A DNA stretch of 64,000 nucleotides, taken from positions 3,968,001 to 4,032,000 of the forward strand of contig JANJGN010000052.1 of the NCBI GenBank assembly GCA_026770705.1, given 5' to 3'. Below the pieces are notes generated by a model. The model was not told the origin of the DNA. It worked only from the letters and a program-made list of their open reading frames with translations, and searched no databases. Position 1 is the stretch's first letter, and every line of letters begins with the position of its first letter. The translations under genes were made by a program, and so were the position numbers. The stretch is from Isurus oxyrinchus (taxonomy: Eukaryota). Positions 37,001 to 48,775 of the stretch are shown here, one piece after another.

Positions 37001-38970
37001 TTATTGCAGGAGAAAGACAGCGATGGAGGAGAGAGTTTCAGGGACCAGTGACATTGCATTGACCCCCAGTCCACTCTCTGTGAATCACCAGGTACAGGAA
37101 CTGTTTACACTCACTCCAAAGCTTCAATCTCAGTGTGTAGACAACACATGTCCCAGATTCCCAGCCCAGTTACCCACTGATTTGTACCTGTGGAGTCAGC
37201 AATGGTTCAGTATCATGCTGTCTCTCTGTTATGACACAGCAACTGGTAAAGGCTGTTGTTTAAAATCCCAGAGGGAAACTTTAAACAACTGTCATAACCT
37301 ATATTTCCCAGTGGAATGTTTGAGATGCAGCTCTAAATTCAGGAATTAGACCACCGTTCTCGAGATGGTTTTATATCAAACTACATGAAACATTTATTAA
37401 TTTACACAAGTTAAATATATGCACATGGCTACAAACTAGTGTTATCATAACTTTTTAACAAATTCTCAAACTAATCTCCGCTAAGACAACCCATAGTCTT
37501 TAAGCAGATTCCAGGCAAAGCATTTTCACCTCACAAATTCCAAATGAGGTTCCTTTCACTTTGGTTCCTTTGCAGACAGGTGTAGGCTTACAGCTGCTTT
37601 GATGTTACAAGCCTCTGCTCTGCACACACAAAACTGCTCAAGTTATACCCAGCTCTTGAGTGTAAAGAAGACGGAGATTGATGGGCTCTTGATTGGTCAG
37701 GGGATCAAAGGTTAGGAGAGAAGGTGGGAGAATGGGGTTTGTGAAACATATCAGCCATGTATGAATGGTGGAGCAGACTCGATGGACCGAATGGTCTAAT
37801 TTCTCCTCCTCTGTCGTATGGTCTTATGGCTTCTGTTTGAAGGTAAATTCGCAATGTATCATCAGGACCTTTGAACTCCATCTCTTCCAATAATAAATCC
37901 CCTTTCATCGTATCAATTTTATTAGTAATATAAACGTTGATTGGTTTAAGATTTCAATCTCAGGCTTTGAATGTTTTATTTAAAAATGCAAATTACCACT
38001 TTACCTCTTTGTTTGCATCTCAAAACTACTATACATCAAAGCACACAGACTGGCTGTCTTTAATCCAATTTAAATACACACAGACACACACACAGACTAA
38101 ACCTCTGTTTAAAAAGACAGTTTGCAATTACATTACATACATTAATAGATTAATAACACTCTGTCTCTGTCCCTTCATCTCTATCTCTCTCTCTAATCCT
38201 CTCTCTGATTACAAGGTTCATGTTATTGAGCCTCACACCAGGCACCTGAGTGCAGAATCCAAGCCGTCACTCACCAGAGCCATTACCGAGGGATTGCGAG
38301 ACTGACAGAGGGTCAGTACTGAGGGTGTGCTGCACTGCTGGAGGGTCAGTACTGAGGGAGTGCTGCACTGTTGGAGGGTCAGTACTGAGGGAGTGCTGCA
38401 CTGACAGAGGGTCAGTACTGAGGGAGTGCTGCACTGTCGGAGGGTCAGTACTGAGGGAGTGCTGCACTGACAGAGGGTCAGTACTGAGGGAGCGCTGCAT
38501 TGTCGGAGGGTCAGTACTGAGGGAGTGCTGCACTGTCAGAGGTTCAGTACTGAGGGAGTGCTGCACTGTTGGAGGGTCAGTACTGAGGGAGTGCTGTACT
38601 GCCATAGGTGGTTTCTTTTCTCCGATAGGAGAGAGAGAATTAAACGAGTCTGCACAATAATTTAACCCTATCAGTACCAGTAAATGATGTGTGGATGTCT
38701 TCTGTTTCCATTTCTCTGTAGGATGAACAGAACGTGCTGATTACTGAGCCCAGGGACACAACCAGAGACACAACTAGTGAGGGGGAGACCCCAGCTCCCC
38801 GGGGTCTCTCTGAAGGTCCAGTGGGAGGCGATGTTGGACATGGGAACTCCGACAAACCAGGTGAGCATCTCTACGCCAACATCAACTTTTCAAAGCTGCC
38901 CAGTGGTGACAGGACTGTGCACAGGAGCGAGGACACGGAATACGCACAGATCAGGTTCCAGAAAAACTGA
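24992..38970 (+). CDS. Siglec-like gene C, inhibitory/switch type (leader-V-C2-Ig-TM-tail 1 or tail 2)
   Basis: Open, phase-compatible exons 24992-25031, 25926-26294, 27606-27902, 32315-32596, 33349-33445, then 34167-34248 + 35582-35830 or 37010-37091 + 38722-38970; the gap 32619-33253 could hide another exon. Confidence 0.85.
25926..26294 (+). CDS. Gene C Siglec-type V-set exon
   Basis: GSCVQMRC, DCSLII, EDAGPYYFRIE; canonical splice sites. Confidence 0.9.
27606..27902 (+). CDS. Gene C C2-set exon
   Basis: 297 nt; T|gtaagt donor. Confidence 0.9.
28090..29809 (-). mobile_element. Degenerate CR1 LINE ORF2 (endonuclease end to RT)
   Basis: VPEDWRMANVVPL..KG...NYRPVSLTSVVGK, QHGFVKGRSCLTNL, SGVPQGSVLG. 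Confidence 0.9.
29810..31796 (-). mobile_element. Internally deleted Gypsy LTR retrotransposon nested in CR1
   Basis: Diverged LTRs at about 29810-30108 and 31498-31796, PPT-like agggggaagga next to the 3' LTR, PBS-like tgggggtgaggatg, gag (WSQCVERLVFFFTAN) and integrase (PYRPASNGRAE, PAELL) remnants. Confidence 0.85.
32315..32596 (+). CDS. Gene C third Ig exon (YAPQNLSI...TVE)
   Basis: 282 nt; canonical splice sites; near-identical to gene A exons 3 and 4. Confidence 0.9.
33349..33445 (+). CDS. Gene C TM exon RRDTSKWTVGLFTAGIMLSVLLAEIFIFICVRK
   Basis: ttttacag acceptor, AA|gtaagt donor; hydrophobic helix. Confidence 0.85.
34167..34248 (+). CDS. Gene C tail cassette 1, exon a (RKTVMEERVSGTSDIALTPSPLSVKHQ)
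   Basis: ttattgcag acceptor, CAG|gtacag donor; phase 2 to 0 links the TM exon and the terminal exon. Confidence 0.75.
34384..35137 (-). mobile_element. Solo-LTR-like element (duplicated copy about 37227-38157 carries an extra CR1 tail at about 37660-37830)
   Basis: TGTTATGA...TCATGACA termini; end resembles the reverse complement of 39264-40225. Confidence 0.55.
35582..35830 (+). CDS. Gene C tail cassette 1, terminal exon (...EEFLYANPQV...EETEYAQIRFEHN*)
   Basis: tgtctgtag acceptor; Siglec-like tandem Tyr motifs; AATAAA at 36386-36391. Confidence 0.85.
   Translation, partial: GKQNVLITEPQNIKRDATGEGETPAPRGLSEDAVGGDVGHGNPDKSEEFLYANPQVLRMSSGDGSVHREEETEYAQIRFEHN
37010..37091 (+). CDS. Gene C tail cassette 2, exon a (RKTAMEERVSGTSDIALTPSPLSVNHQ)
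   Basis: Duplicate of 34167-34248 with intact splice sites. Confidence 0.75.
38722..38970 (+). CDS. Gene C tail cassette 2, terminal exon (...EHLYANINF...EDTEYAQIRFQKN*)
   Basis: ttctctgtag acceptor; open frame; YxxI and TxYxxI motifs. Confidence 0.85.
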   Translation, partial: DEQNVLITEPRDTTRDTTSEGETPAPRGLSEGPVGGDVGHGNSDKPGEHLYANINFSKLPSGDRTVHRSEDTEYAQIRFQKN

Positions 38971-39169
38971 GTGTGAAACAGGGAGCGGGGCTGTGGGTTG
39001 TGTGCAGCCAACATGGTCAAATAGTAATGAACAGAAATATGATGTTGCTCAACTTTTTTTTTAATCTGTTCTGAGTGAGCTTTCTGAATGCTGCAGCTTT
39101 TTCCATGCGATAAAAGATTGTGAGAAGCTTATGAATTATGTATAATGTTACATCTGTTAATACAAAGTG

Positions 39170-41250
39170 AGGTGAGAGTGACTGCCTTTGACATCAAGGC
39201 TGCATTTGACCGAGTGTGGCATCTAGGATCCCGAGCAAAACTGAAGTCAATGGGAATCAGGGGTGGTACGAAAGTATAATAATTTGCTTCATATTTTCCT
39301 GGTTTGTTGTAAACTAGGTTTATGGGTGTGAGTGTAGATGGGTCTGTCTGTGTGGCTTAATTACACCTGGAGTCAGGTAGACTGCAAGTTTGAGATTATC
39401 AAAAGAAGCTCGGTGTAGAAATGTAATTGAAATGCTAGTGAGTGAACATGGAGGCTGACTTAGCATGTAAGGTGTGAGGGGAATTTGCATTTTTAGATAA
39501 GTGACGGGATTGTTTGGATTTCAATGGGCTGTTGGTCTGTTTACAACGAGGCCGATATGCAAGGCAAAGGAGTGTGTTTATTTTTCCCAAAGGTTATTGA
39601 CAACATTGGCAACATGAAAGTTTTTATATTATTGGAAATGTATCATTCCAAAGACATATGGAACAATGAAATTTACATATCATAGAGAGAGAAACATCAA
39701 CAAAGGAGAATGAAAGGCTATGATGAGGATCATGTAAAATCTAACAAGAGTGTGTGAATCAGCCTTGAAGAAGCCTCCAGGCATTTGTCCATAGGTCTGT
39801 TATGTTCAGTGACTGTCGTTCGAGAAAGCCATTTGGAAATCCACTCTCAAGTGTGTTTTGTGTTAACTTGCTGGTTCTGTTCTTAAATCTGAAATCTATT
39901 TTGGACTGTTGCCTTAAATGGGGTTGTACTACTCAGCTCTGGGCTCCCCAGTGCCTGGCCCCCATCTTCAAGGTTAATTAGGAAGTTTAGGATTTGTTAT
40001 AGTAGTAACCGTATCCTTATGTGTGTGCTTGAAATCTTGTATTTTGTTAATAAATATTGAAATTTAATTTTTAAGATCTCTAAATGTCTTGGTTGACACA
40101 TTACTCCTGAATTCAGTGCACACATCTCATAATAAATACAAATTGCAAAACCGTTGTGAGAGTGTGACCAAGTTTCCCTTGTGGATTTGGTCCCCCTGGC
40201 ACACATCATCTACCACGTCATAACAGAGGGAAAACTCTCCACTGGTTGGAGCCATACCCAGCACAAAGGAAGATAGTTGTGGATGTTGGAGGTCAATCAT
40301 CTCAGTTCCAGGACATCACTGCAGGAGTTACTCAGGGTAGTGTCCAAGACCCAACCACCTTCAGCTGCTTCATCAATGACCTTCCTTCCATCATAAGGAC
40401 AGAAGTGTGGATGTTCACTGATGATTGCACAATGTTCAGCACCATTCACGGCTCCTCAGATACTGAAGCAGTCCTTGTCCAAATGCAGCAAGACCTGGAC
40501 AATATCCAGGCTTGCGCTGACAAGTGTCAGGCAATGACCATCTCCAATAAGAGAGAATCTAACCATTGCCCTTTGATGTTCAATGGCATTACCACTGCTG
40601 AATCCCCCACTATCAACATCCTGGGGATTACCATTGACCAGAAACTGAACGGGACCAGCCATAAAAACACTGTGGCTACAAGAGCAGGTCAGAGGCTGGG
40701 AATCATGCAGTGAGTAACTCACTCCAGACTCCCCAAAGCCTGTCCACCACCTTCAAGGCACAGGTCAGGAGTGTGATGGAAGACTCTCCACTTGCCTGGA
40801 TGAGTGCAGCTCCAACAAGATTCAGTAAACTCAACACCACTCAGGAAAAAGCAGCCCCACTAGATCCACTCTCTGCACAACCGATGAACAGTAGCAGCAG
40901 TGTGTAACATCTACAAGGTGTACTGCAGGAACTCACCAACACTCCTTAGGCAGCACCTTCAAACACACGACCACTACCATCTCGAATTACAGGGCAGCAA
41001 ATAGATGGTAACACCACCACCTGGAAGTTACCCTCCAAGTCACTCACCATCCTGACTTGGAAATATATCGGCCGTTCCTTCACTGTCACTGGGTCCAAAT
41101 CCTGCAATTCCCTCCCTAACAGCACTGTGGGTGTACCTACCCCACATGGACTGCAACAGTTCTAGACGGCAGCTCACTACCACATTCTCAAGGCCCATTA
41201 GGGATGGGCAATAATTCTGGCCTAGACAGTGCCGTCCACATCCCATAAAT
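39170..41250 (+). mobile_element. Degenerate LINE RT and 3' end
   Basis: ORF 40246-40713 with RT motifs; 3' UTR shared with the minus-strand copies. Confidence 0.8.
39264..40225 (+). mobile_element. Solo-LTR-like insertion interrupting a LINE
   Basis: TG...CA ends; splits gggaatcagggg / gagggaaaactctcc of the surrounding LINE. Confidence 0.6.
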
Positions 41251-42259
41251 GAATATAAAAAACAAGCAATTAAAATGCTCAGACATTTCTGTACATTGTT
41301 TTTCAAATGTGAATTCCATTCTCTGGTGAATAATTCCATTCTCAAGGCACCATTTCCTGTTATCACATGCCCTTTTCATTATTTACAATCATATACCTTC
41401 ATTTGTAATGTAACATTCCCATGTAAACATGTCACACTGTAGTTACACCCTCCTGCCAGTGGCGGTGCTCTAGTATCATAGTTTTACCTCTCGGAAGATG
41501 GAGGAAATATATCCACTGTGTTTACAATATTAGAAACACTCAGGGGTGACCAGGGGATTCTTTAGGTCATGTTTACGATGTTGTTAAGATACAAGGGGCC
41601 AGTGGGATTTTTCCTACTGCGTTTACAATGTTGTTAAGACAGGATTCGGGTGAAAGATGTCCTTCAACCCATCATCCATCTCATGCCGAGAGAGAACAAT
41701 AGCCTTAAGACAGGGCCTGGCAGTTCGTGGGAACAGTCCCTGTGCCTGATTGGATAGGCTCAAAGTGAACCCAATGTTGGGTCTTGAGCCTCAAGATCCT
41801 GGAACAGGCACAGAGTGGACACCTCGGATGGATGTCAAAAACCCCATGGACACTTTTTGGGTGAAGTGTAGGGGGTGGGTATGGAGTCGGGTGGGGCAGT
41901 TATCCCCAGTGTCCTGGGACCAATATTTATCCCTAAACCAACATCATTAAAAAAAAACAGATGTTCTGGGTCTGTATCTCACTGCTGTTTGTGGGATCCT
42001 GCTGTGCAGAAATTGTCTGCCATGTTTCCTACTGTTCCACAGCATCCACTGTTCAAAACCATTTCTCAGGGAATGAAGGACTATCTTTGAAGTGCGGATC
42101 CCCGTTGTAATGTAGGAAACACCACAGTCAATTTGCGCACAGCAAGCTCCCACAAACAGCAATGTGAGAATGAGCCAGACCATCTGTTTTTAGGGTGTTA
42201 GTTGGGGGTAAATATTGGCCCCAGTATTCTAAGGCACTCGATACAGGGTTGAATTTAAG

Positions 42260-42700
42260 AAGTTTTTGAAGTGTCCGGCACAGTTTTCTAAAGCTCCCCT
42301 CAGACCCCACCTGTAGTCACTGGGGTCAGTCCTGGACCCCGCACCTCAGGGAGGATATATTGTCCTCGGAGGGGCTGCAGCCCAGAGTCACCAGAACGAT
42401 CCCGGGGCTGAAAGGGTTAAATCCCGAGGACAGGTTGCACAGACCAGGCTTGTGTTCCCTCGAGTCTCGAAGATTAAGGGGTGATCTAATCGAGGGGTTT
42501 AAGATGATTAAAGGATTCGATGGGGTCGATAGAGAGAAACTATTTCCCCTGGTGGTAGGGGTGAGGTGAGGGGGTGGGGGTGGGGGGTGGGGGTGGGGGT
42601 GAGGTGAGGGGGGGTCCAGAACAAGGGGGCAGAACCTTAAAATTGGACCCAGGCCGTTCAGGGGGTGATGTCAGGAAGCACTTCTTCACACAAAGGGGGA
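42260..42700 (+). mobile_element. CR1 3' fragment (also about 11985-12243 on + and 60710-61170 on -)
   Basis: SLESRRLRGDLIEGFKMIKGFD...RKHFFTQR. Confidence 0.85.
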
Positions 42701-45700
42701 TTAGGAAAGGGATGAGGAGGGGGATGAGGAGGGGCATGAAGAGAGAGATGAGGAGGGGATGAGGAGGGGGATGAGGAGGGAGAGGAGGAGGAGGATGAGG
42801 ATGGGATGAGGAGAGGGATGAGGAGGGTGATGAGGAGGAGGTTGAGGAGGGGATGAGGAGGGGGATGAGGAGGGAGATGAGGAGGAGGATGAGGAGTGGG
42901 ATAGGGAGGGGGATGAGGAGGGGATGAGAAGGGGAAGAGGAGGGGATGAGGAGGGAGATGAGGAGGAGGATGAGGAGGGGGATGAGGAGGGAGATGAGGA
43001 GGGGATGAGGAGGGGGATGAGGAGGGAGATGAGGAGGAGGATGAGGGGGGATGAGGAGGGGAATGAGGAGGGGATGATGAGGGGATGAGGAGGGGATGAG
43101 GAGGGAGATGAGGAGGGAGAGGAGGAGGGGATGAGGAGGGGGATGAAGAGGGGGATGAGGAAGGAGATGAGGAGGAGGATGAGGAGGGGATGAGGAGGGG
43201 GATGAGAAGGGGATGAGGAGGGGGATGAGGAGGGAGTTGAGGGGATGAGGAGGGAGATGAGGAGGAGGATGAGGAGGGGATGAGGAGGGGGATGAGGAGC
43301 GAGTTGAGGACGGGATGAGCAGGGCGATGAGGAGGGGGATGAGGAGGGGGATGAGGAGGGAGGTGAGGAGGGAGATGAGGAGGGGATGAGGAGGGGGATG
43401 AGGAGGGAGATGAGGAGAAGGATGAGGAGGGAATGAGGAGGGGGATGAGGAGGGGATGAGGAGAAGGATGAGGAGGGAATGAGGAGGGGGATGACGAGTG
43501 GATGAGGAGGGGGATGAGGAGGGGATGACGAGGGGAAGAGGAGGGGGATGAGGAGGGAGATGAGGAGGGGATGAGCATGAGGAGGGGGATGAGGAGGGGG
43601 ATGAGGAGGGGGAAGAGGAGGAGGAAGAGGAGGGAGATGAGGAGGTAGATGGGGGGATGAGGAGGAGGATGAGGAGGGGAATGAGGAGGGGGATGAGGAG
43701 GGGGAAGAGGAGGGAGATGAGGAGGTAGATGAGGAGGGGGAAGCGGAGGGGATGATGAGGGGATGAAGAGGAGGATGAGGAGGGGAATGAGGAGGGGGAT
43801 GAGGAGCGAGATGAGGAGGGGACGAGGAGGGGGAGGGGGAGGTGGAGGGGGATGAGGAGGGGAATGAGGAGGGGGATGAGGAGGGGATGAGGAGGGAGAT
43901 GAGGAGGAGGATGAGGAGGGGATGAGGAGGGGATGAGGAGGGAGATGAGGAGGAGGATGAGGAGGGGATGAGGAGGGAGATGAGGAGGAGGATGAGGAGG
44001 GGATGAGGAGGGGGATGTGGAGGGAGATGAGGTGGAGGATGAGGAGGGGATGAGGAGGGAGATGAGGAGGAGGATGAGGAGTGGATGAGGAGGGGAATGA
44101 GGAGGGGATGATGAGGGGATGAGGAGGGGGATGAAGAGGGAGATGAGGAGGAGGATGAGGAGGGAGATGAGGAGGAGGATGAGGATGGGATGAGGAGAGG
44201 GATGAGGAGGGTGATGAGGAGGAGGATGAGGAGGGGATGAGGAGGGGGATGAGGAGGGAGATGAGGAGGAGGATGAGGAGAGGATGAGGAGGGGGATGAG
44301 GAGAGGATGAGGAGGGGGATGAGGAGGAGATGAGGAGGGGATGAGGAGGGGGATGAGGAGGGGATGATGAGGGGAAAAGGAGGGGATGAGGAGGGAGATG
44401 AGGAGGGGATGAGGAGGGGATGAGGAGGGGGATGAGGAGGGGATGAGGAGGGAGATGAGGAGGGGATGAGGAGGGGATGAGGAGGGGATGAGGAGGGGAT
44501 GAGGAGGAGGATGAGGAGGGGATAAGGAGGGGGATGAGGAGGGGATGAGGAGGGAGATGAGGAGGTGGATGAGCAGAGGGATAGGGAGGGGGATGAGGAG
44601 GGGATGAGGAGGGAGATGAGGAGGAGGATGAGGAGGGGATGAGGAGGGGGATGAGGAGGGAGTTAAGGACGGGATGAGGAGGTGGATGAGGAGGGGGATG
44701 AGGAGGGGATGAGGAGGGGGATGAGGAGGGTGATGAGGAGGGGATGAGGAGGGGGATGAGGAGGGGGTTGAGGAGGGAGATGAGGAGGAGGATGAGGAGG
44801 GGATGAGGAGGGGGATGAGGAGGGAGATGAGGAGGAGGATGAGAAGTGGATGAGGTGGGGGATGAAGAGGGGATGACGAGGGGAAGAGGAGGGGGATGAG
44901 GAGGGAGATGAGGAGGGGATGAGCATGTGGAGGGGGATGAGGAGGGGGATGAGGAGGGGGAAGAGGAGGAGGAAGAGGAGGGAGATGAGGAGGTAGATGA
45001 GTGGGGATGAGGAGGAGAATGAGGAGGGGAATGAGGAGGGGGATGAAGAGGGGGAAGAGGAGGGAGATGAGGAGGGGGAAGCGGAGGGGATGATGAGGGG
45101 ATGAAGAAGAGGATGAGGAGGGGAATGAGGAGGGGATGAGGAGCGAGATGAGGAGGGGGACGAGGAGAGGGAGGGGCAGTTGAAGGGGATGAGGAGGGGA
45201 ATGAGGAGGGGGAAGAGGAGGGGATGAGGAGGGAGATGAGGAGGAGGATGAGGAGGAGATGAGGAGGGGGATGAGGAGGGAGATGAGGAGGAGGATGAGG
45301 AGGGGATGAGGAGGGAGATGAGGAGGAGGATGAGGAGGGGATGAGGAGGGGATGAGGAGGGAGATGAGGAGGAGGATGAGGAGGGGATGAGGAGGGAGAT
45401 GAGGAGGAGGATGAGGAGGGGATGAGGAGGGTGATGAGGAGGGAGATGAGGAGGAGGATGAGAAGGGGATGAGGAGGGGGATGAGGAGGGGATGATGAGG
45501 GGATGAGGAGGGGGATGAGGAGGGATATGAGGAGGGGGATGAGGAGGGATATGAGGAGGAGGATGAGGAGGGGATGAGGAGGGGGTTGAGGAGAGTGATG
45601 AGGAGATGAGGAGGGGATGAGGAGGGGGATGAGGAGGGAGATGAGGAGGAGGATGAGGAGGGGATGAGGAGGGGGATGAGGAGGGGATGAGGAGGGAGAT

Positions 45701-46880
45701 GAGGAGGGGGATGAGGAGAGGGATAGGGAGGCGGATGAGGAGAGGATGAGAAGGGGATGAGGAGGGGGATGAGGAGGGGATGAAGAGGAGGATCAGGAGG
45801 GGAATGAGGAGGGGGATGAGGAGGGGAAGAGGAGGGATATGAGGAGGTCGATGAGGAGTGGATGACGAGGGGATGAAGAGGAGGATGAGGACGGGAATGA
45901 GGGGGGAATGAGGAGGGAGATGAGGAGGGGGACAATGAGTGGGAGGGGGATGAGGAGGTGATGAGGAGGGAGATGAGGAGGGGAAGAGGAGGGGGAGGGG
46001 GAGGTGGAGGGGGATGAGGAGGGAAATGAGGAGGGGGATGAGGAGGGGATGAGGAGGGAGATGAGGAGGAGGATGAGGAGGGGATGAGGAGGGGGATGAG
46101 GAGAGGGATAGGGAGGGGGATGAGGAGGGGATGAGAAGGGGATGAGGAGGGGGATGAGGAGGGGATGAGGAGGGAGAAGAGGAGGAGGATGAGGAGGGGA
46201 TGAGGAGGGGGATGAGGAGGGAGATGAGGAGGAGGATGAGGAGGGGATGAGGAGGGGGATGAGGAGGGAGATGAGGAGGAGGAGGAGGAGGAGGAAGGGA
46301 TGAGGAGGGGGATGAGGAGGGAGATGAGTAGGAGGATGAGGAGGGGATGAGGAGGGGGATGAAGAGGGGATGACGAGGGGATGAGGAGGGGGATGAGGAG
46401 GGGGATGAAGAGGTGATGAGGAGGGAGATGAGGAGGAGGATGAGGAGGGGATGAGGTGGGGATGAGGAGGGGATGAGGAGGGGATGAGGTGGGGGATGAG
46501 GAGGGGGATGAGGAGGGGGGTGAGGAGGGAATGAGGAGGGGATGAGGTGGGGGATGAGGAGGGAGATGAGGAGGGGGATGAGGAGGGGGGTGAGGAGGAC
46601 GATGAAGAGGGGGATGAGGAGGGGATAAGGAGGGAGATGAGGAGGAAATGAGCAGGGGGATGAAGAGGGGGATGAGGAGGGAGATAGGGAGGGAGATGAG
46701 TACGGGGATGAGGAGGGGGATGAGGAGGGGAGGAGGAGGGGAGGGGATGAGGAAGGGGATGAGGAGGGGGATGAGGAGGGGGATGAGGAGGGGGATGAGG
46801 AGGGGGATGAGGAGGGGGAGGGGATGAGGAGGGGGATGAGGAGGGGGATGAGCAGGGGGAGGGGGATGAGGAGGGGGAGG
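42700..46880. repeat. About 4.2 kb purine-rich (gaggagggrat)n simple repeat
   Basis: Almost C-free G/A/T array. Confidence 0.95.
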
Positions 46881-48089
46881 AGACACAGGGTCTTCACCAT
46901 TGACCACCCACCTCTCAAATGGGCCTTTCTGAAGGCCCCGCTTTTTATCGGTGCCCGAGGGACCCGACCCCCACCGGGCCCTCCCCTGACCCCTCACCGC
47001 TCCGGGGTCACCCAGTCAGACTGCTATTCTAGACCACATCACCCCTCCCCACCCCCAACACCACCACCACCACCACCCCCACCCCCACCCCCACCCCCAC
47101 CCCCACCACCATGACCGACCCACCCACATCCCCCGACCCCTGGACCACACATCGGAATCCGGGACTGACATGTTTAGAGGTGGAGTTGGCGGGGCCGGGA
47201 ATTCTGCCGTCTCTGTGTCCCCCAACCCGGGACTGAAAATCTGGCCTTAACTTCCACTTTCTAGTGTCTGAGACAAGAGGCAATGAGTGAGTGGGCTGAC
47301 GGTCAGGATTAATGCTGTTAATCTGTGTTTGAGGGGCTGTGAATTCTCGGGGGACTAGTTACTCTCTGAGCAGCAGCTTCCAAATCCTTATTTGATGCCG
47401 TGCATGTGGGGTTGGAAGATTATTTTTAAAACCACAGGCAGTTCACAGAAACCCACAGGAAACCCACAGAGAGACAGTCACTGAGAAAGTCACTCACTCC
47501 TTGTGGTTTCACCTTTTAACCACATCCTGTCTGTGTGCCTTAAATGTTAAACACACCGGCCACACTCAGGGAGGTTTCACTNNNNNNNNNNNNNNNNNNN
47601 NNNNNNNNNNNNNNNNNNNNNNNNNNNNNNNNNNNNNNNNNNNNNNNNNNNNNNNNNNNNNNNNNNNNNNNNNNNNNNNNNNNNNNNNNNNNNNNNNNNN
47701 NNNNNNNNNNNNNNNNNNNNNNNNNNNNNNNNNNNNNNNNNNNNNNNNNNNNNNNNNNNNNNNNNNNNNNNNNNNNNNNNNNNNNNNNNNNNNNNNNNNN
47801 NNNNNNNNNNNNNCAGACAGACACAAACACACTCACATTCTCACATACACACATTCACTCACACACTCACACACACATGCACAAACACACACACAAAGAC
47901 AATATCCCAACAACAGCAAACTGCGATTAAGAGCTTCCTACAACTTAACTAACAGACCAAAGATGTATTGAACACTCTAAAAGTGACCTGTTTTTCAAAG
48001 AAATACAAGATTGTACTCAGATGAAAAATGGCTGACACAAGTCATCTGATTGCTGATACTGTGAAGTTGATCACTTCTCTGGAAAGGTT

Positions 48090-48775
48090 CAAATGAATTG
48101 CACTGCAGACCTGTTGCATGGAAGTTCATGCCTGGCTTGTGTCAGGGTCCACTTCAAACAGGAACACTCTTAAAAGGAAGGCATTAAAATGCAAAGTGCT
48201 GGACTTTGATCAGCTGTAGTTCTATCAAAACAGTGGGAACTGCTCACCAAGCGGATAATCATCAGCCATTCAAAACCCCCTGTGGAGGATGCAATACCCC
48301 CGTCTCTTGTTGATTTATATCTTGAAATGCATCAAATGTTTTGGAGATGCAAAGATAAAAAATGGGAATACTTGGACTATAACAATGAATGTAAAACATG
48401 TTGATTGAATTCCCTCTCAGGAATATACAGACAGAAGTTTAACAAATGGTTCTGCCAAGCAGTTATAAGAAAAAGGAGGGGAAAAAGAAATATGGCAGTC
48501 ATCTAAAAACCCTGCTAGAAAAGAACAGAAATGATTTTTCCTTCTCTCTCTCTCTCTCTCTCTGTCGCTCTTTCGCTTTCTCTCTCTCTCTGTCTGAAGC
48601 TAACAGAATGTCTTCAAACACGTCCAAGTCTGAGCTAGATGAACTACAGGATTCTAGAGCTAACCAACTAATTTAAAACAGCTTCAACATTCACAACCTA
48701 CACCTCAAAGACAAGCAAACAATTTAATCATATCCTCTTTTAAATTTTTATTGCACTCTAAAATTATATTACCTG
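48090..48775 (+). repeat. About 650-bp unclassified repeat, diverged second copy at 49538-50150
   Basis: Collinear similarity (tgttgcatg.aagttc...ttgaaatgcatcaaatgttt...tctgaagctaacaga...tcaaagacaagcaaa). Confidence 0.75.

Noticed and set aside
4894-38970. Assigning MAG, CD22, CD33 or SIGLEC14/15 symbols
   Set aside because: Family hallmarks only; orthology cannot be established by eye.
42540-46997. 1485-aa and 751-aa Pro/Ser/Leu-rich ORFs
   Set aside because: Translations of a simple repeat that lacks stops on the pyrimidine strand; no domain or splice context.
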